Source of the DNA: a virus
Lineage: Duplodnaviria > Caudoviricetes
Virus record (IMG/VR): IMGVR_UViG_3300003873_000063
Span: 1-24,046 of that record
DNA length: 24,046 nt
Direction: 5' to 3' (one strand)
Position 1 is the first letter of the stretch. Each line of letters opens with the position of its first letter. Below are positions 1 through 9,700 of the stretch, piece after piece. The notes below the pieces were generated by a model, which worked only from the letters and a program-made list of their open reading frames with translations, was not told the origin of the DNA and searched no databases. Position numbers and translations under genes: made by a program.

Positions 1-94
1 TTTTTTCAGCAAGTTCAGCCACAGCTCCGCTGATTTCTTGTAGATGCTCTGGCAAGTGTTTATATGCAAAGTATTTCATAATGCCGTTTTTCAT
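1..94 (-). CDS. Partial small helical phage protein (runs off the window edge); possible Acb2/Tad1-like hairpin protein
   Basis: Not in the ORF track. ATG at 94 with a strong SD (AAAGGAG) upstream; translates MKNGIMKYFAYKHLPEHLQEISGAVAELAEK... and stays open to the edge. The YFAY-x-HLP-x-HLQ start resembles a widespread small phage protein family; the function is inferred. Confidence 0.75.
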   Translation of the reverse strand, partial: MKNGIMKYFAYKHLPEHLQEISGAVAELAEK

Positions 95-133
95 ATCTTT
101 ATTCTCCTTTATTTCTAGCTTTTAATTTTAAGT

Positions 134-574
134 CTACTTGTGAAGTCCTGTTGAGTAGTGAGCTTTACCGTCCTTAAACTTTGCGCTTAAAACCTCACCA
201 CGATTGAATGCTGCATAGGAAACGTGAATCCATGAGCCTTCATAAATCAGCTGGTCAAATGGCAACTCAAACTTCTGAATGCGTGTGGCAATATCCATCA
301 GGTCATTGGGTGATGCAGCAATATCAACTGCCTGACCCTTGGTGTGTTGGCTGCCTTCTGCTCCACCAATGGCTTTGTTCAATGCTTTGCAGCGAAAACC
401 TGAGCTGATATGAATGGGCTTGCCCCATATCTCACGCAATGGCTCAAGCAAGTTTTCGCATAGGTCAGCGGCACAACTTAATGCATCGCCACCCATTTTG
501 TTGTTGATGCCATGTCGCTCTGCATATTGTGAGCGTTCAAATTCTTCAATGGAAAAGTGTTCTGTAAGTTTCAT
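134..574 (-). CDS. Endolysin, peptidase M15A-type Zn metallopeptidase
   Basis: Motifs LTEHFSIEEF, ISSGFRC..LNKAIGG, SQH-x6-D (SQHTKGQAVD) and WIHVS are typical of M15 Zn peptidases; lies at the end of the late operon. Confidence 0.93.
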   Translation of the reverse strand: MKLTEHFSIEEFERSQYAERHGINNKMGGDALSCAADLCENLLEPLREIWGKPIHISSGFRCKALNKAIGGAEGSQHTKGQAVDIAASPNDLMDIATRIQKFELPFDQLIYEGSWIHVSYAAFNRGEVLSAKFKDGKAHYSTGLHK

Positions 575-575
575 G

Positions 576-959
576 TCATCCCTTCAAAAACAATACTAGA
601 GCCGATGTGATGATTGCACTGCCGAGTCCTGCAATCACACTATTGCGAGCCATTTGAATGCGAATGGATGTTTCCATGTCGGAAATTTTCTCAAGTGATT
701 TTGCGTGTGTAGGAATGAGAATCTCATGCGCTTGCACTACATTTGAAATATGGTGTGATTTATCTCGCAACTTCCTAATTTCAGCGTCATGAGCTTCCAT
801 GCGGCGCAGCAATGCTTCATTGTCTTTGCGGATTTCAACCAAGTCTTTCAGTGCATGTGCAATGTCTTTGATTGATTCTTTGATTTCACCTTGCCCATTG
901 CGCATATCATCAACATGAGCTTTCAGTTGCTCCACATCTTTAGATAATTGGTCTGTCAT
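576..959 (-). CDS. Holin-like / lysis-associated membrane protein (coiled coil plus C-terminal TM helix)
   Basis: Heptad-rich N-terminus, one hydrophobic C-terminal segment (VIAGLGSAIITSALVLFL), immediately upstream of the endolysin. Confidence 0.55.
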   Translation of the reverse strand: MTDQLSKDVEQLKAHVDDMRNGQGEIKESIKDIAHALKDLVEIRKDNEALLRRMEAHDAEIRKLRDKSHHISNVVQAHEILIPTHAKSLEKISDMETSIRIQMARNSVIAGLGSAIITSALVLFLKG

Positions 960-966
960 CTTTTAA

Positions 967-1305
967 TCACCACTTAAAACTTTCAATTTTTGATGTAGAA
1001 CGAAGCTTTCCAACTGCCAATTCAGCTGCTGTAGAAGCGAGCCTGATAGCATCCCTCTTCTTTAACACCACAAGAAGATTTGTATTACTCCCACCTGCTA
1101 ACAAGTCACGCTCTTTTGCACGAGTCACCTGCCAATCTAGCGCAGATATTCGCTGTGCTGCTTCACATTTAATGCGTGCAATTCGTTCAGACTTTGCGAT
1201 AGACAAGGGTTTAGGGTTTGCAATTATCCTCGACACGACATCGCCTTTTTCATTTTTTGTCACTTCATATTTATCAGAGCCGATAGTTTCTATTGTTTTA
1301 ATCAT
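967..1305 (-). CDS. Putative tail fibre assembly chaperone
   Basis: Helical C-terminal half (IKCEAAQRISALDWQVTRAKERD...RDAIRLAS) resembles phage tail assembly chaperones; last gene of the fibre module; ATGA overlap with the upstream gene. Confidence 0.55.
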   Translation of the reverse strand: MIKTIETIGSDKYEVTKNEKGDVVSRIIANPKPLSIAKSERIARIKCEAAQRISALDWQVTRAKERDLLAGGSNTNLLVVLKKRDAIRLASTAAELAVGKLRSTSKIESFKW

Positions 1306-1769
1306 GCTATTTGCTCCTTATGATATAAGTATACATAAGCTTGTTGTGTTGCCCAGACAAAAACTCTAAAAGAGCTTGAGAACTTCACAGACCCCTCAGA
1401 TACACTATGAGCCACGCCTGTGCCATCAGCATATACCGCTCCAATTATTGATGCGATGTTCTGTGTAGATGGTGGCACCATACTTGGCGATGAATATGCT
1501 AAAACACCATCAATCTCAATGTCGATATTGACACCTCCAGCCACTCCGTTGGAACCAAGTGCTAAAAAATTAACCTCACCTTGTCCGAGTGTTTCAAATT
1601 GAGGGGTCACTGGCTTTGAATATGGTGTCCAAAACGCAGTGACAGAATTGTAAAATGACACGTCTGCCGATGGCCAAGTTTTAAAATCTGTATGTTGCGG
1701 AGTGATTATTGTTGGGATAAGTGCAGCAGCTCCGCTTGCTGCCGCACCTCCATCCACATAGCGACCCAT
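1302..1769 (-). CDS. Tail-associated beta-rich protein, possible receptor-binding subunit
   Basis: Probable start MGRYVDGG at 1769 (TAATG overlap with the upstream stop) rather than 1793; 155 aa; beta-strand-rich; located in the tail fibre cluster. Confidence 0.55.
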   Translation of the reverse strand: MGRYVDGGAAASGAAALIPTIITPQHTDFKTWPSADVSFYNSVTAFWTPYSKPVTPQFETLGQGEVNFLALGSNGVAGGVNIDIEIDGVLAYSSPSMVPPSTQNIASIIGAVYADGTGVAHSVSEGSVKFSSSFRVFVWATQQAYVYLYHKEQIA

Positions 1770-2485
1770 TATACAGCCTCTAAATACATCCAAGAACGTG
1801 GGGCTGTCTGATTTGCTGTCAGTGCAATAACAGATGTAGGAATGGTCCCTGTTTGTGGCGTTACTCGTGTGTCAACTGCATCGTTAGCAACAACGTCAAT
1901 AGTTGTCGGAGCAGACAGCATGCAGCTTGCGATACCACTTGAATTACCAGCCACATAAAACATCTGATTTGCACCTTCGGATGGAGTCCCTGCATGATTG
2001 ATAGATGAATCAATTTGAAATCCAGATGGCGTTGAGTTCATTCCGCCAAATGTGATGCGTGAAGCATACCTTATTTTTGTCACCCCAGATGGAATAACGA
2101 TACCGCCACTTGCATTAAGCGTTGCTGTGGCTAACGCTCCTGTCCTGTAAACAATATTGTTAAACAACACATCCTGCGTTGTGAGTGTTTGCGCTAGAGT
2201 TTGGTCTACTGATAGGGATACAAGCATATTCCCTCCAGCCCCACCTATTCCATTGTTTCCTGATGATGTCCAAGTTGTTCCATTATCGTAGTACAAAAGA
2301 CCTGTATCTTGAACGTATGCAAAACGCCCAGCTTGCCCAGCGGCAGGCAATGCTGCTGCTGTTGTAGCAACTATTGTGATGCGATTTGCATCAAGTTGAT
2401 TCAAGTTGCTATCATATTCTGCCTTATATGCAGTGCCTAAAACTGTTGTTTGTAATCCGTGTGGTAGTGTTGTTTCGACTGTCAT
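1769..2485 (-). CDS. Putative tail fibre / spike protein with jelly-roll-like C-terminal head
   Basis: SD AGGAG. N-terminal ...ALPAAGQAGRFAYVQDTGLLYYDNGTTW is typical of fibre shaft knobs, followed by a Gly-rich linker (GNNGIGGAGG) and an all-beta C-terminal domain. Confidence 0.6.
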   Translation of the reverse strand: MTVETTLPHGLQTTVLGTAYKAEYDSNLNQLDANRITIVATTAAALPAAGQAGRFAYVQDTGLLYYDNGTTWTSSGNNGIGGAGGNMLVSLSVDQTLAQTLTTQDVLFNNIVYRTGALATATLNASGGIVIPSGVTKIRYASRITFGGMNSTPSGFQIDSSINHAGTPSEGANQMFYVAGNSSGIASCMLSAPTTIDVVANDAVDTRVTPQTGTIPTSVIALTANQTAPRSWMYLEAV

Positions 2486-2496
2486 TTATATTCTCC

Positions 2497-2814
2497 TTAC
2501 GCTTCTTCAAATCCTGTAACAAGGCATGAAATGCCTATTGCAGCTGGTTTTACATAGACGTTATGATTGGGTCCCATAACGCACGCTGTGCGCTCTAAAA
2601 CGCTATTTGCAGGTATAGTCACCCCAAATTCAATATATTCACCTAGCAACGGCGTTGCAGCCGCTGACAACGCAACATCAACTGTTATTGCTGCTGCGGT
2701 TCTGTTGCATAGGTTTATATTAATTGTTGCAACCTTTGTATTTAGTGCTGGGACGGTGTATGCAATTCCGCCTGCGAGGGGAACGTCTAAAGCCCCTAAA
2801 ATTCCTGCTGCCAT
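2497..2814 (-). CDS. Small tail-fibre-associated structural protein (YTVPA...NLCNR family)
   Basis: SD GGAGG; 105-aa beta-sandwich-like sequence with YTVPA, INLCNR, EYIEFG and LERT motifs that I recognise from phage tail modules. Confidence 0.6.
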   Translation of the reverse strand: MAAGILGALDVPLAGGIAYTVPALNTKVATININLCNRTAAAITVDVALSAAATPLLGEYIEFGVTIPANSVLERTACVMGPNHNVYVKPAAIGISCLVTGFEEA

Positions 2815-2823
2815 ATATTCCTC

Positions 2824-3669
2824 CTAAATTTGAGCTACAAAGAATCTTTGCGCCGCATGACGCAATAATACATTTGGCTCCATTCCTGTTGCGTGTGATG
2901 TGGAGTTTGCGCCAAAGGTGCTTCCAAATGAGTAACCAAATCCTGTAGTTAGAGCTGATGAAATTTGAGTAGGAGAGCCGCCAAACGCATTCCCGAAATC
3001 CAAGCCACTGCCAAGCAATCCAAGTATTGATTGAAATTGTTGGAATAAGCTGTCTGTTGAGTTATTTATAGCCTTTGAGTTCCCAATAGTCTCTGTATAG
3101 GCAACAACTGCATTTGATTGTGGTGCTGTGATTGGAGATAGATTTACTCCAGACAATGCCACACCAACGCTATTCACTTGGGCTGCACTTGATGCTGCAT
3201 TATTCTCACTAACTAATGCAGCTGCTGCGCTTGCCGCTGCATTATTCGCACTCACCAAGGCATTGGCTGCATTTGTTGCATTATTCGCTCTATCAATCGC
3301 AGCTTGATCCTCGATTTCTTGGGCGAGAATGGTCGCTTTATCAAAGGCATCATTTAAGACATTGGGGAGGAAAGCCCCACCACTTGAAAGTTGGACGGAT
3401 TGAGTCTTCGCAGTGCGACTGGTGACAGCCAATGATTCGCCAACTTGCGGCGCAACAAGCATGGTGATTGTTCCGCCTGGAGCTGCGTTTTGGTCGGCGT
3501 TAAGCGTGACTGTGTAGTCGGTTGTCAATGTGAGGATGGTTGATGTTGTGCCGACTGTTTTTGAAACTTGCATATCGGCTGCTGCAAATACTTTGAAAGT
3601 GAATGGAAAGGTGACGGCAATGCCATCACCTGCAAAAGTCGCTCGCCGTACTGTGCTTGTAATTGCCAT
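2824..3669 (-). CDS. Tail fibre adaptor with T7 gp17-like N-terminal attachment domain
   Basis: N-terminus ATFAGDGIAVTFPFTF...LTLTTDYTV...LNDAFDKATILAQ is characteristic of podovirus fibre anchor domains; followed by an Ala/Asn/Ser coiled coil; SD GAGGTG. Confidence 0.85.
   Translation of the reverse strand: MAITSTVRRATFAGDGIAVTFPFTFKVFAAADMQVSKTVGTTSTILTLTTDYTVTLNADQNAAPGGTITMLVAPQVGESLAVTSRTAKTQSVQLSSGGAFLPNVLNDAFDKATILAQEIEDQAAIDRANNATNAANALVSANNAAASAAAALVSENNAASSAAQVNSVGVALSGVNLSPITAPQSNAVVAYTETIGNSKAINNSTDSLFQQFQSILGLLGSGLDFGNAFGGSPTQISSALTTGFGYSFGSTFGANSTSHATGMEPNVLLRHAAQRFFVAQI
3185..3286 (-). repeat. Imperfect intragenic tandem repeat (about 14-codon unit) in the fibre stalk
   Basis: TGCATTATTC occurs at 3196, 3238 and 3277; protein AANALVSANNAAAS / AAAALVSENNAASS. 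Confidence 0.7.
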
Positions 3670-3672
3670 GAA

Positions 3673-3691
3673 ACACCTCGCCTAGAGATGC
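3673..3691 (-). promoter_or_regulatory. Putative RBS-sequestering hairpin in front of the tail fibre gene
   Basis: mRNA GCAUCUC-UAGGC-GAGGUGU forms a 7-bp stem (2 G-U pairs) whose 3' arm contains the SD GAGGUG; the arm ends 3 nt before the AUG at 3669. Confidence 0.5.
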
Positions 3692-3693
3692 AA

Positions 3694-3726
3694 ACCATAG
3701 CTTTTAAGATTGGCTTATATGCACCC
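3694..3726 (-). promoter_or_regulatory. Putative late promoter 3 (tail fibre / lysis module)
   Basis: GGGTGCATATAA (3726-3715), 15-nt spacer, TATGGT (3699-3694); directly after the TAG of the giant gene. Confidence 0.8.
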
Positions 3727-6700
3727 CTACTTGTGGTGCGATTCACCCATCAACAAATCGACTGGACTAAAGTCACTTGTACCATCCATTGTGTGAATCA
3801 AATGCTCACTTGTACGCCAAATTTGGCGTGATGGTAAGCCAAACCAATAGCCAGTAGATAAAATACCTTCTTTCAATGTTTTCTCATCGGCTTCACCGTC
3901 AATCAAATCGGATGCAACACGATATGGACCCATAAACATTTCTTGAAATGCACCCTCAAGTGGTGTTGCGCGAAGTGACATATAGGTGAATTTATCGGCA
4001 ACTTGGTTGGCATAATATCCTGCAATATCTCGGACGAATGGAAGTTGTCCTGTGCCAAACTTGGCAACCTCAAGCGCAGCCCATCCAAACCATTCTTCGT
4101 CATCGTCTGGTCCATACCCTGACATATAAGCCCCAATAATGGCTGGCAAGATGTTGATGAACATCATGGATGCGATGAACTGTGGCGTGCCTTTGATACC
4201 GTTCTTTTTAAGCAAATGCACTGCTCGGATATTGCGGTTCAGGGTTGTATTGAAATATGAATAGAACATCGTGAATGCTTTATACAATTCACGGTTGCCA
4301 GGCTTTCCACGTTGAATCATGGATAAATCAATATCACGCCCACTGCCCTGCGTTGAACGGATGGTGTGGTCGGCAAATTGAACCGCCTTGACTTCATCAT
4401 TGCCGTTTTCAGCCATCGCTTTTTCATAGGCTGCCATCCATGTGGGTACTGCCACAGCTTTATCACTCAAGGATAGCAAGTAAAAATAGGATGATGATTT
4501 AGGTGTCAGGGTGCCTCGAACACTCATGGAGCGCATGGATTCCTGCACATCCCTATCGAAAGCCGCTGCGCGTGTTTTCATGTATGGCGAACGGGCGGTG
4601 ATAAACGCCATCTGCTTTTTCCAATGCGTCGGGTTGGCTGCAAGTTTTGCGTTCCACCATGCTATGCGACCTGCACCCACATCGTTGGCATCCATTGATT
4701 GCAAGATACCTGATAAGTTCACCCAAGCCGTCTTGAAGGATAAACCCATCGCAACCACGGCTGAATTGCTGCGAGTCTTTGCGACCCATTTGCTGATGCC
4801 ATCCTGTGGTGCTTCGGGCGGCACTGCGATGTCTTGCAGCCACGGTTTCAGTAAATCATAAGGGTGATTCCCTGCTGCCGCCTTAAATGTTTTGGCGAAC
4901 GATTTATCATGGATAATCCTATTGGCATCAATCACTGCACGCCGCATTTCAACATCGTGAATGGCATCATTGATACCTTCGGCAAATACGCCCAAATCGC
5001 TGCGTACTGCTGCGCCTAGATTCTCAACACGGTCTTTGGCTGCGCCTTGCTTGGTGGCTGCTCTTGACGTGAAACCATTGGTAAAATCTTCCAACGCTTT
5101 TTTATCATCAAGATTCTTTTCTATCTCGCCACGTTGGCGGTCATACTTCAATGGGAAATAACCACCACGAACTTTAACGCCATTGATTTCAAACGGCATG
5201 GCTTCCACTTTTTCAGGTGCTTCACCGTGAATGTCACGCTCAAGTTTTGCCAAGTCATCCCAAATATTTTCATCCGAGTAACGCCACATTGCTTCCATAA
5301 AGGCAATATCTTTGCTTTCAATGTGCGAGAACATCTGCTGCAACTGTGCATCGGTAAACTTGTTGCCATGCTCTAAGCGGTTGCGACCTTCTGCATTACC
5401 ATAGTTCATGGCAAAGGTGATGATTTGTTCTTTGGTTAAACCACCTTTGATACCGTCAATCTTATAAATTTTTGCACCAACACCCGACATTCTAGCACGT
5501 TCTTTCACGCCGTAGGTGCTTTGTATCAACTCCCTGAAATACTTCGCAGCTTCCGCTTTTCTTGCCAAAGCCCTATCGGATGCCTCCGACAAAGGAAGGA
5601 ACAATGTATGCCACAAGCCACCCAGCTTATCCCCATCAAGTCGGCGAATCAGCATCTCAACATTTAGCAATGCACTGCCTTTCTTGGCTGCGCCATCCAT
5701 CAAGTTGCCAACAAGACTTTTGTTGTATGGTACTTCACTGAAATCAAGCTCGTTATTTTCAGTCATACTCAACACGGCATCATTCACTGCATCGGCAAGT
5801 TCCCGATCATGCTTGGCATCCAGTAGCTTCTTCTTGAAGCGACCATAATAGTCGATTTCCTTCACCGCTGTTTTTAATGCTCGCAGCTCATCCATTGAAA
5901 CTTTTGTGTAGTGAATCTTCTTTGCACGCATCAACACTTTGGAAGGAATCTGTGGCTCAACACCTGTACGAGTTTTTTCACGCAACATCCAGTCAATCAA
6001 TCCTTCACGAGTATTCACATCTTTTTGTGTGGCTTTGCGGAAATCGTACTTGTTCAGCAACTCTTTCACTTGGTCAAGATAGCTTGCTTCTAGCTTACGA
6101 CGTACAGCCTTGCGCTCAAATCCTTTCAGGTAACGTTCAATGGATTCTTTTTCCTTCACTGCCTTGTTTGCTGCTGAATACAATGCACGTTGGATGATTT
6201 GAATGCGCTTTTGTTTTGCCGCCTCTTCTACATCGCCTTTACCAAACGCAATGGATGATGCTTTGGCTGCCTTGCGCTCTGCTGCCAAGAATTGGTATGG
6301 CTTGATTGCACCAACGTTCATGCTGCCAATCTTCGCCGCTGCATAATCAGATACGGCTTTGCGATTGAGTTTATCTTGCTTGCCAACGATTTTATTCATG
6401 GCTTTGTATTCAGTGCGCAACATCTTTTCATGCGCCTGATTGTGTAGAGCCTCCATCGCTGCAACCTTGAGTTGCTCACCATCCTTGATAGTGCCGTAAC
6501 GCTCAAGCAATCGTTTCTCGGTTTCGTTCTTGATGGCATCTTGTGGCTTGGGTGAGGAAGTGATTTTAAGAATCAAGTCATCGCCCGAATTGAAGCCAAA
6601 CCATGCCGCCACAATATCGGGGTGAATACCATCTTTTGACTTCATATTGTTGGGGATAGCATGCCATAACGCATCGGCATCTTTGCCATACATGCCTTTC

Positions 6701-9700
6701 AGGTCATTGGTGTTGAACTTCGCAGCGGTAATGCCATCGGGGAGTTCGCCATTGGGCAACGTGCCTTTGGTGAGTAAATGCCACGCTTGATAGACTGGCT
6801 GTGCGTAAATGTCCGCTGTGACTTCTTCCTTCATTGCCCTACGTTTGCTTGCCTGCTCACGCTGCAAGGCTTTCAGTGCTTTATTCTGTGCGCCTTCAAG
6901 CCATTGCATGTCGTGAATCATATCACCGCTCAACGCATCCTCGGCAGTGGCTTTCAGTTGCTCTTGCTGCTTCAGATAATCAGCATATTCAGCATCGGTC
7001 ATGCCTGCATCTTCCGCTGATTCAAACATGGCAAATGCCTGTAAATCTTTCTGCGCCTGTGCAATCTCATCTTCACTGGCAACCATGCGGTCAAAGACTG
7101 CACGCACATCGTCATTGATGGCATGTTTATTGGTGATGCCACGGTACGCGGTAAGCATCCAAGATTTCAATGTTTGAAATAACTCACGTAACTTCCTGGA
7201 TGGGGCTTTGCCTTCCATGATGTAACGCTCAAACGCTTCGGCAGTTTTCTCATGCGCTGCTCGGCGTTCTTCGATAGACATCATGTTCCAAGACTCAATG
7301 GACTCAACACCTGCGAAATCAAGCAATGTATTCATATCGTCCACAACCCCCTTTGGCGCATCGGGTTGTGTTGCGATGTGATTCATAACTTCAAAATAGA
7401 AATGCCCCATCTCATGAATAACTGTGGATAGGTTGGCACTTTCCATGATGTTGATGATGGATGGTGCGCTATCAAGCTCACCTTGTGGAAATTGGATTGA
7501 ACCGAGGTGCTTTTGGAAGAATATATCAGGGTTAGAGCTATCGTATTTGATAGCTTTTGTTGACTTAATCTGCTCGGGAAAAAAAGCGACGTAAATCTTA
7601 TCTCCGCCTTGATTGGCAAAGCCGTCAGATACAATGCCATCATATCCAGTCACATCATATACAGCCCTGTTAATAATTTCGGTGTCTGTATTATTGATGA
7701 TTAATGACCCAATCTGGTCGATAGCTTTCACCCCCATGAGTGAATCGGCTGCATCACTGATGGCTGCGTCTATTCCCGTGCGGCGAACATCTGCATAGTT
7801 GGACAAAAAGCCATCTTCAATATCCATCTCGTCCTGTTCAGCTTCGCTTTTAGCGAAAGCCTTGAGAATCTTTTTAAGTTCATGATGGCTAAACCCATCT
7901 GCATCATAGGCGAGAGGCTTCTTGATAGATAAGTAAACATCAAGCGTACTTCCGTCATTATTATACGAGTCTGCTATCTCGCCATTTTCAGTAAAATAGA
8001 ATCCTGCACCTTCGGATGTTCCGTGTTCGCCTAGCCGTGAGTAATCGAATATAAAAGAGTCGGTTACCTTCGCCCCAGTGCCGTGGTAAACAACCTTCGG
8101 TTTTCCTTTATCATCGACAACAACGGAGTTTCCAAACCACTTTTTGAAAGCTGTTTCCTTTGGGTCTTCAGCAACCTTTATCCGTTTGGTTAACGTGTCT
8201 TCAGCTTCTTGTTGTTCCATTGAACCTGTCTTATTAAGACGCTTTAACTTTATCAGTCGTACAACATGCCTGCGTCCTTCAAGTTGCGAAGCCTCTTGTG
8301 GGTATGCTGCATCAAGCAATGCTAGTTGCTCCTTTGTGGACTTGCCTTCTAGTTCTGCTTCAGCAACCAATGGTTTATGTGCATTACCACTTTGATACAG
8401 GATATTATCATTCTTTGCGTCAAACTGCCCTGTGTTGCCTGTAGCTGATTTTATTTGGTTGGGGTTGAATACTGCTAACGATTCATTCCCTTGAGGTTCA
8501 TGGATGTAAACTGAATCGTATGGATATTCATTTTCGTCAAAGAACTCCTTGAAATCTTCTGCATCAGACCAATCAGGTAGATTGTCAGAAGGGTCTAATG
8601 GTGCGCCATTTCCCCATTGACGATAAAACCCGCTATCAAAAATATCTTCTGCGTCAGGTTCCCTCGTATCAAAAGGTGTTTTTGAGTTGATAAAAGCAGG
8701 AATTATATTTCCGCCTATCCTAGCATATATATCTGCCGTTTCTTCATATCTAGTAAAGAAATGGATGTCACCCTTGAACCTATCAAAATCTTTATTCGTT
8801 CCATGGTAAACTACCAATGGTTCACCGTTTTCATCGACTACTTTTGAAGCCTTGTCAGGTGCCTTCTCCCAATCACCAAACCACTTCTTAAATGCTGGAG
8901 TTCTTGTTTGAACCCATTGCCGCTCATTCAGCTTTGTTGGCTCGCCGTTAGGGGCTTTCATCCATTGGTCAGTGTCTTTGTACTTGGCAACCACATCCTC
9001 ATATTGCTTGCGAGCTTCTTCTTCCGTAATGCCATATTCTTTGGCTTGGGATTGATAGTAATCACCCTCACCCAACAACGCCTGAATATCAGCATTACTC
9101 ATGTTGCCTAAGTCTTTGTTGCCTATCTTCTGCTGAATGTCGTAGGCATCTTTGAGCTGCTGTTCCAGTTCGTGGTTTGTATCGAAAGGTGAATAGACAG
9201 GCTCGCCTTGCACCTCTGAATCAATGGCATCAAGCATCTTGTTAATATCGCGTTCATCAATATAACCAGCTTCCGCAGCAAGCTCTGCTGCACCGTCAAG
9301 TGTCAAACCCTTATCGCTCATTAAATTTTTCTTGAACTTCTTGCCAGTAGCCTGGTTTATATCTCTCGCTGAAAGCTCACCACCTTGATTTTGAATGCCG
9401 CCTTTGCTGCGCAGGAACTCAATCAAGCTGTCGCCATAAACTTCTGAATCACTCGGCAAAGTATCGGAACGCATCTTATAAATCAGTTGGTCAACATATC
9501 CTGCACGTTCTGCCTGTTGCACTTGGCTATATTCAGGCGTGGTGGCAATAAGCTTGTATTTCTTGGCAAATTCTTCGGGTTGCATCCCTGTACGGTGAGC
9601 CAGTGTTGCCACGATATTGGTGTTCAATGCGGCATATTTCTCATTCACATCTTTTGAAAAACGTCCTGCATCATTGAGTGATTGAAGGAATGACGATTTA

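Noticed and set aside
60-68. Partial late motif TGCATATAA
   Set aside because: Inside a CDS (encodes F-A-Y-K) with no -10 at the 15-nt spacing.
2424-2432. Partial late motif TGCATATAA
   Set aside because: Inside a CDS, lacks GGG, and the hexamer 15 nt downstream is CAACTT rather than TAnnnT.
967-3669. Diversity-generating retroelement as in BPP-1
   Set aside because: No reverse transcriptase, no Mtd C-type lectin motif and no TR/VR repeat pair seen in this window.
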